Program-made: the position numbers and the translations under genes | Assembly: GCA_044228445.1 (NCBI GenBank) | Contig: JBGAUV010000002.1 | Span: 140,600-204,599, forward strand | DNA: 64,000 nt | From: Minisyncoccia bacterium | GTDB taxonomy: Bacteria > Patescibacteriota > Minisyncoccia > Phycocordibacterales > PALSA-1337 | Direction: 5' to 3' | Shown here: piece by piece, positions 39,000 to 49,006 of the stretch | Numbering within the stretch: the stretch's first letter is position 1 | Layout of the letters: every line of letters begins with the position of its first letter | Notes under the pieces: generated by a model | What the model was told of the DNA's origin: nothing | The model's input: only the letters and a program-made list of their open reading frames with translations | Database searches by the model: none

Positions 39000-40100
39000 T
39001 TATAACGATTTTTGATATCTAGAAATGTTTGCAACAATTCCAACTGCTAATAGTGTAACTATAAGTGCTGTACCTCCATGGCTAATAAATAATAATGGCA
39101 TTCCAGAAAGTGGAAGCAAACCAGTCATTGAAGATATATTCATAAATGACTCTGTTGTAATAAGTATAACAATTCCTATAGTTACAAGTCCACTAAATAC
39201 ATCCGGTGCTTTAACTGATATTTTAAAACCTCTAATTACAAAGAAAATAAATAAAGCAATAATAGTCAAACTTCCAACAAAACCGAATTCCTCTGCTTGA
39301 ACAGCAAATATTGAATCTCCTATTGGCTCTGGTAAATAATTAAACTTTTGAACACTCTGCCCATAACCTCTACCAAATAATTTCCCCGAACCTATTGCTA
39401 TCAGGGATTGTTGTATTTGATAACCAGAACCTTGAGTATTAGAATTTGGTCTAAAAAAAGTCATAATTCTATCCCTTATATATGGTCTTGCAATTGCCAA
39501 GCCAGCAATAAGACCAAGTAAAATTACACCAATTAAGATTATATTTCTAAACTTTGCTCCTGAAGCAAAAAGCATAGCAATTCCAGTCCCTGCTATTACT
39601 ACAAGAGTATCAGTATCTGATTGAGAGATCAAAAGTAAACTAAGTATTCCAGTTATTATAAGATAAGGTAGTATTCCATATCTAAATTCTTTAATTTTAT
39701 CCTTAAAATGTGATAACCAAGCAGCCATATAAATAATATAAGCAATCTTTAAAAATTCTGATGGCTGAAATGTAATAAAGCCTAAATCTATCCATCTACT
39801 TGCCCCACCATGATTTAAGGTAAATGAAGGAATAAATAATAAAAGATTTATACCTATAGCTAACATGAAAATATAAAATGAATACTTTCTAAGTATTTTA
39901 TAGTTAATTCTAGACATAGTATAAAAAGCAATCATACCAAGTATCAAACCCGCTGTTTGGTTTAATGCTACAGATTTAAAATTTGCACCATCTCTTGCTA
40001 ATAAACCAAGTGAAGCAGAGGTAAAAATAAAAAAGCCTAATAGTGTTAAAACTAGTATTGTAATTAAATATATTTTATCTATTTTGAGTTTTTCACTCAT
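39000..40100 (-). CDS. ftsW: FtsW/RodA/SpoVE family peptidoglycan polymerase
   Basis: 10-TM SEDS-like protein immediately upstream of murG. Confidence 0.8.
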   Translation of the reverse strand: MSEKLKIDKIYLITILVLTLLGFFIFTSASLGLLARDGANFKSVALNQTAGLILGMIAFYTMSRINYKILRKYSFYIFMLAIGINLLLFIPSFTLNHGGASRWIDLGFITFQPSEFLKIAYIIYMAAWLSHFKDKIKEFRYGILPYLIITGILSLLLISQSDTDTLVVIAGTGIAMLFASGAKFRNIILIGVILLGLIAGLAIARPYIRDRIMTFFRPNSNTQGSGYQIQQSLIAIGSGKLFGRGYGQSVQKFNYLPEPIGDSIFAVQAEEFGFVGSLTIIALFIFFVIRGFKISVKAPDVFSGLVTIGIVILITTESFMNISSMTGLLPLSGMPLLFISHGGTALIVTLLAVGIVANISRYQKSL

Positions 40101-40123
40101 AATGTTTATCTTAATTCATTATT

Positions 40124-40696
40124 TTAAACTTGATTTTCATTTTGCTGTTCTGTTTCATTTTCATTTTTTATCAAATCTATCTTTTTTCTAATCTCTTCAT
40201 ATTCAGGCATATCATCGAGTTTTGATAAACCCAGATGTGAAATTAGTTGTAGACTAGGTTTGTATAAATAGCTTCTTGCATCTTTTGTATTCTCAACTTT
40301 TTCAATCAACCCTCTCATAAGTAAGTTTCTAACAATAAACTGGGAATTTACCCCTCTTATATAGTCTATTTCAGCTCTACTTACTGGACCTTGATAAATT
40401 ATGATTGATAAGGTTTCAATTCCTGCTTTTCCAAGATCTCTATTTAATTCATCTTTTCTAACCTTTTCAATTATTTCGGAAGTCTCACCAGAAGTTGTGA
40501 GTGTATATTCATCTTCATGTTCAACTAAAGTAATACCTCTGTCTTTTAGATCTTGTTTTAATTCTTGTATACCTTGTTTTATATCTTGCTCTTTTACTTC
40601 AAGGATATTACATAACTTTTTCAAGGATAAAGGTTCGGCTTTATAAAAAAGTATTGCTTCGATATTTTTTGAAAGTGAATTCTTTTTATTTTCCAT
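40124..40696 (-). CDS. scpB: segregation and condensation protein B
   Basis: Winged-helix ScpB pattern (IEAILFYKAEPLSLKKL...). Confidence 0.8.
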   Translation of the reverse strand: MENKKNSLSKNIEAILFYKAEPLSLKKLCNILEVKEQDIKQGIQELKQDLKDRGITLVEHEDEYTLTTSGETSEIIEKVRKDELNRDLGKAGIETLSIIIYQGPVSRAEIDYIRGVNSQFIVRNLLMRGLIEKVENTKDARSYLYKPSLQLISHLGLSKLDDMPEYEEIRKKIDLIKNENETEQQNENQV

Positions 40697-40699
40697 ATA

Positions 40700-41434
40700 T
40701 TAATTATACCTTGGAATAGAAAGCTTTTTTGTTTCCATGTTTATATCTCCAAAATTCTTGTCTTGATTTGCATCAATAATTCCTTGTTTTACGAGTTCAA
40801 GCATAGCCAAAAAGCTAACAATTACATTTACCTTTTCTTGTTTATGTTCTTTTGTAAATTCATTAAAACTCATTTTAAGACCTGAAGTTATTCTTTCTGT
40901 TAACTTCGTTATACTTTCTTCAAGACTTATTATTTTTCTAACTACAGCTTTTGGTATAGCCTCCTTTTTTGGCATGCTATTTATTATATTTTTTATACCT
41001 AAAACTATATTTGGTATATCCATTGTTTTATGTGGAGAAAATATAGGTTCAAACTTTCTATCCCCTTCTTGTAAATATAAAACATTTTTACCAAAAAGAT
41101 TTGTTATGTTTTGACTAGCGTCTTTTATTTGTTTGTATATTTTAAGTCTAGTTTCTAGATCTTCAATACCTTGTTCCTCTTCTTCAGTTAGAGTCAAACT
41201 AGGTAGAAGAGATTTTGATTTTATTAAAAGTAAAGTCGAAGCAATAAGTATAAACTGAGCAGAATCACCCATACTATTTCTATTATTCGTATGATTTAGA
41301 CTTTCTACATATTTTATAAAATCATCAGTTACTTTTGAGAGAGCAATATCATTTATAAGTAATTTTCTTTTTTCAATAAGATCAAGTAGTAACTCGAGTG
41401 GACCTACAAAACTTTCAGTCTTTATTTCAAACAT
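40700..41434 (-). CDS. scpA: segregation and condensation protein A
   Basis: FVGPLELLLDLIEKRKLLINDIALSKVTDDF. Confidence 0.8.
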   Translation of the reverse strand: MFEIKTESFVGPLELLLDLIEKRKLLINDIALSKVTDDFIKYVESLNHTNNRNSMGDSAQFILIASTLLLIKSKSLLPSLTLTEEEEQGIEDLETRLKIYKQIKDASQNITNLFGKNVLYLQEGDRKFEPIFSPHKTMDIPNIVLGIKNIINSMPKKEAIPKAVVRKIISLEESITKLTERITSGLKMSFNEFTKEHKQEKVNVIVSFLAMLELVKQGIIDANQDKNFGDINMETKKLSIPRYN

Positions 41435-41448
41435 TACTAAATAATAAT

Positions 41449-42531
41449 CTAAAATCCTTCTTTCCTCAATTCCTCAATAGTCTTTTTTGCAGATTTTGAA
41501 AGCTTTTTTGGCATATCAATTATGACTGTGATAAGTAAATCACCTCTTTTATTTCCTCTTTCATGAGGTACACCCTTTCCTCTTACTCTCAAAACCTCAC
41601 CATGAATTACTCCTTCAGGTATATGCAAATCTATATCACCATCAAGTGTTTTTATAGGAATATCACCACCAAGCAGAGCTGTTGAAAGTTTGATATGTAA
41701 ATCCATTAATATATTTTCTCCATCCTTTTCGAAAACTGGGTGATCTTGAACATGGATTTTTACATAAAGATCTCCTGATTGACCACCAGATATTGCTTCA
41801 CCCATACCAGAAAGACGTACCATTTCCCCATCATTTACTCCTGGAGGAATTTTTACTGATATTTCATGTCTACCTTCTGTTATACCTTCACCTTTACATG
41901 TTGAACACTTTTCTTTTGGAATTTCACCCTTTCCTTTACATTCATCACATACACGAGTAGTTGAAAATGCACCCATGAAAGTCTTCTTTGTTTCATGTAT
42001 TTTTCCTTTACCTGCACACTTTACACAAGTCTTACTTCCAGATCCTGGTTTACCTCCTGTACCATTACATGTACTGCATGTGGCTGATTTTGTTAAAACA
42101 ATATCTCTTTCAACACCGAAAACAGATTCAGAAAAATTAATTTCAATATCTATAGATATATCTCTACCTCTTTTTGTTCTTCTTTGTCCCCCACCACCGA
42201 ATATATCACCAAATATATCTCCAAGATCAAACTCTACACCACCATTTTGAGTAAAGCCTGAAAAGTCAAAACCACCGAAACCTTGTCCTCCAAAGCCTCC
42301 TTGTCCTGGATTGAATCCTGCACCAGCTTGTCCATATGTATCATATTGTTTTCTTTTATTATCATCACTAAGCACACTATATGCTTCACTAGCTTCTTTA
42401 AACTTTTGATTAGAAGTTTCACCACCACCTTTATCTGGGTGATGTTCATGGGCAATCTTTCTAAATGCCTTTTTTATATCGTCTTTTGAAGCGCTTTTAT
42501 CCACGCCTAGGATTTTGTAATAGTCTTTCAT
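41449..42531 (-). CDS. dnaJ: chaperone DnaJ
   Basis: J domain with HPD. G/F-rich region. Four CxxCxGxG repeats. Track start at 42636 is a TTG extension; ATG at 42531 precedes MKDYYKILGV. Confidence 0.95.
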   Translation of the reverse strand: MKDYYKILGVDKSASKDDIKKAFRKIAHEHHPDKGGGETSNQKFKEASEAYSVLSDDNKRKQYDTYGQAGAGFNPGQGGFGGQGFGGFDFSGFTQNGGVEFDLGDIFGDIFGGGGQRRTKRGRDISIDIEINFSESVFGVERDIVLTKSATCSTCNGTGGKPGSGSKTCVKCAGKGKIHETKKTFMGAFSTTRVCDECKGKGEIPKEKCSTCKGEGITEGRHEISVKIPPGVNDGEMVRLSGMGEAISGGQSGDLYVKIHVQDHPVFEKDGENILMDLHIKLSTALLGGDIPIKTLDGDIDLHIPEGVIHGEVLRVRGKGVPHERGNKRGDLLITVIIDMPKKLSKSAKKTIEELRKEGF

Positions 42532-42649
42532 TGGTATAAATAATAACAAATTTATGGGAGAGTTAGTATTGACTGTTTTACTTATAAATGTTATTGTTTT
42601 TTTATGTATCAAGACCGGCCTCTCCTTGTGAGACAAGCCGGTTTTCTTA

Positions 42650-42900
42650 TTGACAGCATAAGATACTTTGTTAGAATATAAATACAGGTGGCGTGTTGAG
42701 GTTGAATCAAGCTCACGCCAATATATGTATCATATACTGCGCATGCGTATGTATGTGAAAACATCCTGATGATGAACCATGGTTCATCCGCATAACGGCG
42801 ACTTAAGTCCGTAAGGATCCTAGTTTATCTGGTGTAGTAAATTAGAGAGTTCGTCTATGTTATGTAGCACCATTGGCGCATTCAACCTGCGCCTTTTCTA
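42650..42900 (+). ncRNA. candidate ~215-nt small RNA (unclassified) with promoter and terminator
   Basis: TTGACA (42650-55), 16 nt spacer, TAGAAT (42672-77). Terminator GGCGCA-TTCAACC-TGCGCC-TTTTCTATTT (42875-42903). Body is GC-rich relative to the surroundings and contains the perfect 18-bp palindrome GATGAACCATGGTTCATC (42771-88). No ORF of plausible size. Confidence 0.4.
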
Positions 42901-42915
42901 TTTAATTTAAAAAAA

Positions 42916-42950
42916 CCAGCCTATCCTTTCGGAAAGCTGGCTTTTTCTTC
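42916..42950. terminator. bidirectional hairpin terminator
   Basis: AAAAA-CCAGC..CTTTCGGAAAG..GCTGG-CTTTTTCTTC. Confidence 0.5.
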
Positions 42951-43213
42951 TCTTATTAATATTGCAATAAGAAGCAATATCGCGGAAAAGATTTTGATAT
43001 GAAGGAATTCTATGTTCCAGGACAAAATCGCGAGGAATAGCAGAAGTGCTGATAAAATTTTTTCTTTCATTCTTTGCTCTTTATATATTAAGGAAAAAAT
43101 GATGTCAAATTGATGTGTAGCTCTACACCATGAAGCTACTAACTTCATATTGCCTATATGTATAGTCAATATGAAAAAAGAGGGTGCTCTGGCTCCCTCT
43201 TTTTTCTATTTAC

Positions 43214-45115
43214 CTACTTTTTCTCTTTAAACTCCGCATCTCTTACATTATCCCCTTCACTTCCTCCATTTTGTCCACCTTGATTTTGATCTGTATTTCC
43301 ACCCTGTGGAGGTTGCTGTTGATTCATGTACTGCCCTATCTTTTGAAGCTCTGTAGACAATGCCTCGGTAGAAGACTTTATAGCCCCTACATCACTACCA
43401 TCCTTTACCCCTTTTAATGCACTTATTTTGTCTTCTATAGCCTTTTTTAGGTCTGCTGGAGCCTTATCACCTGTATCCTTCAAAGCCTTTTCTGAGGTGT
43501 ATATAAGCTGTTCTGCAACATTCTTTACTTCTATTGCATCTTTCTTTGCTTTATCTTCAGCTTCATGTTTTGCAGCTTCTGATTTCATCTTTTCTACTTC
43601 ATCCTTTGAAAGACCTGAGCTTGCTGTGATCTTTATACTATTTGCTTTACCTGTAGCTTTATCTTTTGCTGTTACGCTCAATATTCCATTTGCATCAACA
43701 TCAAAGCTAACTTCCACTTGTGGCATACCACGAGGTGCTGGAGCTATTCCATCTAGGATAAATCTACCTAGAGACTTGTTGTCACTTGCCATTGCTCTTT
43801 CACCTTGTGTTATATGTATTTCAACTGATGTCTGATTGTCAGCGGCAGTTGAAAATACTTGTGAACGCTGTGTTGGAACTGTTGTATTTTTTTCTATTAA
43901 CTTTGTGGCTACTCCACCAAGTGTTTCTATACTTAGTGATAGCGGGATAACATCTAGAAGTAGCACATCTTTTACTTCACCACCTAAGATTCCTCCTTGA
44001 ATAGCAGCACCTACCGCAACCACCTCATCGGGATTCACACCCATATGAGGATCTTTGCCAAACATATTCTTTACTGCAGTCTGAAGCGCTGGCATACGCG
44101 TCTGACCTCCAACTAGAATAACTTCATTTATTTCACCTACTTTAAATGGTGAAGCATCCATTGCCCTCTTTGTAATCATCATAGCTCGGTCTATGAACTC
44201 CTGACATAGCTCTTCTAGTTTTGCTCTAGTTAGAGTTACAAGTAAGTGCTTTGGACCATCAGAACCTGATGATATGAAAGGAATATTTATTTCAGTTTGC
44301 ACTGCAGTTGAAAGTTCTATCTTTGCTTTTTCAGCAGCTTCATCTAGTCTCTGTAATGCAAGTGCATCTTTCTTTAGATCAATTCCATTTTCCTTTTGGA
44401 AAGTATCAGCTAGCCAAGAGACGATTTTTGCATCAATATCACGACCTCCAAGGTGTGAGTCTCCGTCAGTTGATTTTACTTCAACAACATCATCTCCAAC
44501 TTCAAGTACAGATATATCAAATGTACCTCCACCGAAGTCGAATACTGCTATTTTTTCATCTTTCTTCTTATTGAAACCATAAGCAAGAGCAGCTGCTGTA
44601 GGTTCATTTATTATTCTTTTTACATCAAGGCCTGCAATTTTTCCTGCATCCTTTGTAGCTTGTCTTTGTGAATCGTTAAAATAAGCAGGAACTGTAATAA
44701 CAGCTTCTGTTATTTTTTCTCCAAGACGAGCTTCGGCATCATTCTTTAATTTCTGAAGTATCATGGCTGAAACTTCTTCTGGACGAATCCATTTTCCACC
44801 ATAGTTTACTTCTATACCTCCATTTGATGATTTTCTAACTTCGAAAGGAATATTTTTAATATCCTTTTGAACACTTTCTTCATCAAAGTTATGCCCAATG
44901 AATCTTTTTATTTGGTATATAGTATTCTTTGGGTTTGTAACTGCTTGTCGCTTTGCTAGAAGTCCTACTAGTCTCTCTCCAGTCTTTGACTGAGCAACTA
45001 TAGAAGGAGTAGTTCTAGCGCCTTCTGCATTTTCCAAAACCTTTGGAACACCTGCTTCCATAACAGCGACTGCGGAAAAGGTAGTTCCAAGGTCGATTCC
45101 AATTATTTTTGACAT
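43214..45115 (-). CDS. dnaK: chaperone DnaK (Hsp70)
   Basis: [18 protein letters not shown] and other Hsp70 signatures. Own terminator at ~43168-43207. Confidence 0.97.
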   Translation of the reverse strand: MSKIIGIDLGTTFSAVAVMEAGVPKVLENAEGARTTPSIVAQSKTGERLVGLLAKRQAVTNPKNTIYQIKRFIGHNFDEESVQKDIKNIPFEVRKSSNGGIEVNYGGKWIRPEEVSAMILQKLKNDAEARLGEKITEAVITVPAYFNDSQRQATKDAGKIAGLDVKRIINEPTAAALAYGFNKKKDEKIAVFDFGGGTFDISVLEVGDDVVEVKSTDGDSHLGGRDIDAKIVSWLADTFQKENGIDLKKDALALQRLDEAAEKAKIELSTAVQTEINIPFISSGSDGPKHLLVTLTRAKLEELCQEFIDRAMMITKRAMDASPFKVGEINEVILVGGQTRMPALQTAVKNMFGKDPHMGVNPDEVVAVGAAIQGGILGGEVKDVLLLDVIPLSLSIETLGGVATKLIEKNTTVPTQRSQVFSTAADNQTSVEIHITQGERAMASDNKSLGRFILDGIAPAPRGMPQVEVSFDVDANGILSVTAKDKATGKANSIKITASSGLSKDEVEKMKSEAAKHEAEDKAKKDAIEVKNVAEQLIYTSEKALKDTGDKAPADLKKAIEDKISALKGVKDGSDVGAIKSSTEALSTELQKIGQYMNQQQPPQGGNTDQNQGGQNGGSEGDNVRDAEFKEKK

Positions 45116-45241
45116 AGATTAATTTACTAATTAATAATTTTATGTATAATTCCTAAAGAAAGGAAACTAATAATATGTGGGGAGAATAAATCAAAAAAAA
45201 GGGTAATGAAATAGCAAATGCTAAAGTAATTCCCTTATTTT

Positions 45242-45559
45242 TTATATTTGGGATGGTGCCCTAGTTGGTTGATTGGCTAAAATAAGGTCAAAGTTAAAAG
45301 GAGATATAAAAGATATAAATGAAGTTGTTCTATTAAAATATATTGAAACTATATTTTTTGAACTACATGGTAGATATATACTTTCAGTTTTTTCTACAAG
45401 TTTAACTAAAGGTTCAGCAGATATAATCTGACCTTGGAATACCCCATTTATTTCAACAATAGTAAAACGCACTCGGATAAGTAAACCATTTTTATCCTTT
45501 ACAATTCTCTCAAAAATATTGTTTAATTGTTTATTTTGAGTAGTTAACATATATAGCAA
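45242..45559 (-). CDS. hypothetical protein (105 aa) between grpE and dnaK
   Basis: ORF only. Position within the chaperone operon. Confidence 0.3.
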   Translation of the reverse strand: MLYMLTTQNKQLNNIFERIVKDKNGLLIRVRFTIVEINGVFQGQIISAEPLVKLVEKTESIYLPCSSKNIVSIYFNRTTSFISFISPFNFDLILANQPTRAPSQI

Positions 45560-45603
45560 TATTATATCAGTATTGTTTATATTGTCTAGATTAAATATAA
45601 AAT

Positions 45604-46167
45604 TTACCCCTTAAACTCCCCTACCTTTACCTTTGCTGGAATAAGTATTTTTCCATTTAACTTATATCCTTTATTTATTACAGCTATAACCTTATTATCC
45701 ATATTTTTATCTGAAACTGTTTCATATGAACTAGCATCATGTAGTGAATGATCAAAGTTTTCACCAATAGCTTTTATTTCTTCAAGTCCATTATCACTCA
45801 AGGCTTTTGTAAGTTGAGAATATATGTATTCAACTCCTATTCTCCAGTTTTTATCTGCTTTTTCCCAAGCCTCCTTATTTCCCATTGCCATATCAAAGCT
45901 TTGTAGTACTGGAAGTAAATCCTCTATCATTCTTTCATTTGCAAACTTTATATATTCCCTCTTTTCTTCCTCATCTCTTTTTCTTGCATTCAAAAGATCA
46001 GCTTTTGCTCTTTGCCAACCATTTAAATATTCAGATCTTTCTGCCAGAGCTTTTTTTAATTTCTCCTTTAAAACTTTAACAGTTTGAACAGCAGTCTCTT
46101 CAGTTATGACAGAGTCATCGATATTTTCATCCATATCGTATTTAATTTCATTAGTTTCATCGTTCAT
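45604..46167 (-). CDS. grpE: nucleotide exchange factor GrpE
   Basis: ADLLNARKRDEEEKREYIKFANERMIEDLLPVLQSFD. Track start at 46209 is TTG; ATG at 46167 (MNDETNE) follows a TATACT -10-like box. Confidence 0.9.
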   Translation of the reverse strand: MNDETNEIKYDMDENIDDSVITEETAVQTVKVLKEKLKKALAERSEYLNGWQRAKADLLNARKRDEEEKREYIKFANERMIEDLLPVLQSFDMAMGNKEAWEKADKNWRIGVEYIYSQLTKALSDNGLEEIKAIGENFDHSLHDASSYETVSDKNMDNKVIAVINKGYKLNGKILIPAKVKVGEFKG

Positions 46168-46225
46168 AGTGAAATTAGTATACGGCACTAAATTAAATTT
46201 GCAAGCCAAGATAAAAGAAAACCCC

Positions 46226-46253
46226 TCTTCGGGGCTTTCTTTATTACTATCTT
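46226..46253 (-). terminator. terminator after rpsI
   Basis: On the minus strand: GCCCCGAAGAGGGG hairpin followed by UUUUCUUUU. Confidence 0.55.
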
Positions 46254-46654
46254 TTACTCCACTGTGGGCTCTTTCTCGCTTTCTTGAGACCGAACTTACG
46301 TCTTTCTTTAGCTCTAGGATCTCTCTTTAGAAGACCTGCTTTCTTTAATCTTCCACGAAGTTCTGCATCATATTCTATTAATGCTCTTGATATACCGTGT
46401 CTTAAAGCATCAGCTTGAGCGCTTAGTCCACCACCTTTTATAACAGCTGTAATTTTAAACTTTGTAGTAGTTAATTTTGAAGTAGTCATAGCTTCTGTAG
46501 CTGTAATCTGCATTTCCTTTACTGGGAAATAAGCTTCAACAGATTTACCGTTTATTTCATAAGAACTCTTATCTGAAGGAGTAATACGAACACGTGCTAC
46601 TGCTGTTTTTCTTCTTCCTACTGTTTCTATGTATTTATTTGCTATTGCTGACAT
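46247..46654 (-). CDS. rpsI: 30S ribosomal protein S9
   Basis: GGGLSAQADALRHGISRAL...RDPRAKERRKFGLKKARK. Confidence 0.95.
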   Translation of the reverse strand: MSAIANKYIETVGRRKTAVARVRITPSDKSSYEINGKSVEAYFPVKEMQITATEAMTTSKLTTTKFKITAVIKGGGLSAQADALRHGISRALIEYDAELRGRLKKAGLLKRDPRAKERRKFGLKKARKSPQWSKR

Positions 46655-46658
46655 AATA

Positions 46659-47006
46659 TTATTTTGTTATTGAAAGATTTTTCATCATTTCTTTTCTAAG
46701 GCTATTACTTGGAAGCATTCTATATACTGCTCTTCTGAAAGCCTCTTCAGTTCCTTTTCTTTCTATAAGATCAGAAAGCTTTTCAGTATTTATACCTCCT
46801 CTAAAACCTGTGAAAGTTACGTATTTTTTATCTTGTTTCTTCTTTTCATTTATATAAGCTTTATCACAGTTTATTATTGAAACCTTAACTTGTGGAGCTC
46901 TATTTCTAACAAAAGTAACTGTGTTTTTTCCCATCAGATAATTTGCAGCTTCTGATGCTACTCTTCCTAGTTTTTTGCCTTGTGCGTCTATGGTGTAATT
47001 TTTCAT
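46659..47006 (-). CDS. rplM: 50S ribosomal protein L13
   Basis: AQGKKLGRVASEAANYLMGK...TGFRGG pattern of L13. Confidence 0.9.
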   Translation of the reverse strand: MKNYTIDAQGKKLGRVASEAANYLMGKNTVTFVRNRAPQVKVSIINCDKAYINEKKKQDKKYVTFTGFRGGINTEKLSDLIERKGTEEAFRRAVYRMLPSNSLRKEMMKNLSITK

Positions 47007-47020
47007 GTTTTTATTTCGTA

Positions 47021-47371
47021 TTATACAAATTCAATCATTGCCATAGGGGCTGCGTCAAGTCCTCTAGGTTCAAGCTTTATAATTCTTGTGTAACCACCTT
47101 TTCTATCCATATATTTTGGAGCAAGTTTTTCAACTAGGTGTTTTACTTCATCTTCACCGTGTATTTTTGAAATTAATACCCTTCTTGAAGCTACTGTATT
47201 TAGCTTTCCTTTTGTAACTAGTTTTTCAACATAAGGACGTAGGCTCTTTGCTTTTGCTAAAGTAGTTGTAATTCTACCTTCATTAATAAGGTTGCGAGCC
47301 AAAGATCTAAGCAGAGCGTCTCTCTGTCCCATCTCTCTTCCGAATTTTCTGTTTTTTGAATGGTGTCGCAT
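47021..47371 (-). CDS. rplQ: 50S ribosomal protein L17
   Basis: MRHHSKNRKFGREMGQRDALLRSLARNLI. Confidence 0.95.
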   Translation of the reverse strand: MRHHSKNRKFGREMGQRDALLRSLARNLINEGRITTTLAKAKSLRPYVEKLVTKGKLNTVASRRVLISKIHGEDEVKHLVEKLAPKYMDRKGGYTRIIKLEPRGLDAAPMAMIEFV

Positions 47372-47387
47372 GGTATTAAATTAATTA

Positions 47388-48356
47388 CTACTTCAAATTT
47401 ATATTATATTGAGCCAATACTTTCTTTATCTCTTGAACTCCTTTGCTTCCAAGTCCATCAACATCAAGAATATCTGCTTCCTTCTTTCTTGCTAAACCTC
47501 CTACTGTTCTTATGTTTGCATTTGATAATGCTTTTACAGTTCTTGGTGAAAGTCCTATAGCATCTATTCTTGTCTTTAGGAATTCAACATCTAGTTCTTG
47601 CCTATCACCTCCTGCATCTTCTGTATCATCAGATTTTTCTGAGCTCTCAATCTCTATTTCTGGTTCTTTGAAACCAACTATAGCTTTTAGTTGAGTAATC
47701 ATTATTGATATTGATTCTTCAAGAGCCTCTTTTGGTGTAAGTGTACCATCTGTTTCTATTGAAAGTCTTAGACGGTTGAAATCTGTTCTATCACCAACAC
47801 GCATGTTCTCTACTTCATAGTTTACTCTCTTAATAGGTGTGAATGAAGCATCTAGAGATATACTTCCTATATCAACACGATCTTTATGTAGAGTTTCTTT
47901 TAGAACGAAACCAAGACCTTTTTCTACTGTAATATCCATATCTACTTCTGTAGCTTTATTTGTTATTTCAAATATTGTTAGATCTGGATTTAGGATTTCT
48001 ACTTGTCCTGGGAATTCAATATCCTTTGCTGTAACTTTCTTTACTCCCTTAGCTTTGATTGTAAGAATCTGAGGTTCATCTCCAGTTATTCTTATTCTAA
48101 GCTTTTTTAGATTTAGAAGGATAGTTATAACATCCTCTTTTACACCTTCTATACTTGAAAATTCATGTTCTACTCCACTTATTCTTACTTTTGTTACTGC
48201 TGCACCTGGAAGTGATGAAAGAATAATACGTCTTAGTGAATTACCAAGAGTATGACCATATCCAGGATATAGACCATCTATTTCGTATACACCACTAAAA
48301 CCCTCTTCACGAACAATTCTTGGTTTTGATGGTAGAACAATGTTATTGTTTGACAT
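47388..48356 (-). CDS. rpoA: DNA-directed RNA polymerase subunit alpha
   Basis: N-terminal dimerisation domain plus C-terminal alpha-CTD HhH (LSPRTVKALSNANIRTVGGL). Confidence 0.95.
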   Translation of the reverse strand: MSNNNIVLPSKPRIVREEGFSGVYEIDGLYPGYGHTLGNSLRRIILSSLPGAAVTKVRISGVEHEFSSIEGVKEDVITILLNLKKLRIRITGDEPQILTIKAKGVKKVTAKDIEFPGQVEILNPDLTIFEITNKATEVDMDITVEKGLGFVLKETLHKDRVDIGSISLDASFTPIKRVNYEVENMRVGDRTDFNRLRLSIETDGTLTPKEALEESISIMITQLKAIVGFKEPEIEIESSEKSDDTEDAGGDRQELDVEFLKTRIDAIGLSPRTVKALSNANIRTVGGLARKKEADILDVDGLGSKGVQEIKKVLAQYNINLK

Positions 48357-48389
48357 ATTATTTTTATTAAAATTATTACCTTATTAAAA

Positions 48390-48995
48390 TTAACGACTAT
48401 AAAAACCTATAACAGTATCTGGATCGAATAGGAGTTCTGTCTTTGAGGCTGTAGGTATACCATCAACTGTAATAGTTTTTTTATCAAAATCAAGCTTTAA
48501 CCAAGCTGGTAGCTTAATTGTCTTTAATTTTTCGTCTAGATTTGCGAATAGAGCTTTCTTTTTACTTCCTTCTCTTATTCCTATAACATCACCAATTTTT
48601 ACTTGGTATGAAGGAGTAGTTACTTTTACACCATTTACTGTTAGGTGACCATGAGAAGTCATTTGACGTGCAGCTTGGCGAGTATTTGCAAAACCAGATC
48701 TTAGAGCAATATTATCAATTCTACTTTCTAGAGTTCTAACTAGTATTTCACCAGAATTTCCCTTTTTAGCAATTGAATTTTTTACGTATTTTGCAAATTG
48801 TTTTGCTGTAACTCCGTAACTAAATCTTGCTCTCTGCTTTTCTTGCATTCCAAGTCCGTAGTCACTCTTTGCTTTTCCTCCTTCTGATCTCTTACCATTT
48901 TGTCCAGTACGAATAGCATATTTTTGAGTTTGAGTTTTCTCAAATACTGGTGCTCCTAGTCTTTTTGCAATTTTATATCTTGGTCCAATTATCAT
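48390..48995 (-). CDS. rpsD: 30S ribosomal protein S4
   Basis: N-terminal block GPRYKIAKRLG..PVFEKTQ. S4 RNA-binding domain. Confidence 0.95.
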   Translation of the reverse strand: MIIGPRYKIAKRLGAPVFEKTQTQKYAIRTGQNGKRSEGGKAKSDYGLGMQEKQRARFSYGVTAKQFAKYVKNSIAKKGNSGEILVRTLESRIDNIALRSGFANTRQAARQMTSHGHLTVNGVKVTTPSYQVKIGDVIGIREGSKKKALFANLDEKLKTIKLPAWLKLDFDKKTITVDGIPTASKTELLFDPDTVIGFYSR

Positions 48996-49006
48996 AAATT
49001 TATATA

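Noticed and set aside
42531-42636. N-terminal extensions in the ORF track for dnaJ (MSHKERP...), grpE (MACKFNL..., 46168-46209) and the nucleotidyltransferase (4116)
   Set aside because: These begin at TTG/GTG codons. Conserved N-termini (MKDYYKILGV, MNDETNE, MKEKAIE) start at downstream ATGs.
42840-42875. Possible tRNA-like 3' end (…GTTCGTCTATGTTATGTAGCACCA) or SRP/RNase P RNA in the dnaJ-dnaK spacer
   Set aside because: No canonical T-loop (GTTCRANYC) or D-arm. The SRP domain-IV AGCAGC motif is absent. No RNase P GGAAAGUCCGGGCUCC-like block. The region is too short for RNase P or tmRNA. Kept only as an unclassified sRNA candidate.
42921-43169. 82-aa minus-strand ORF between dnaK and dnaJ
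   Set aside because: Its first codons overlap the dnaK terminator hairpin and its 3' end overlaps another terminator. At most a short ~49-aa hydrophobic peptide from an internal ATG (43070) could be real; not reported as a feature.
43428-44582. Several plus-strand ORFs inside dnaK, and similar ones inside dnaJ, dnaB, rpoA and others
   Set aside because: Antisense to highly conserved housekeeping genes; low-complexity Ser/Phe-rich translations.
46160-46250. CIRCE/HrcA operator upstream of grpE
   Set aside because: No TTAGCACTC-N9-GAGTGCTAA inverted repeat; only a sigma70-like -10 box is present.
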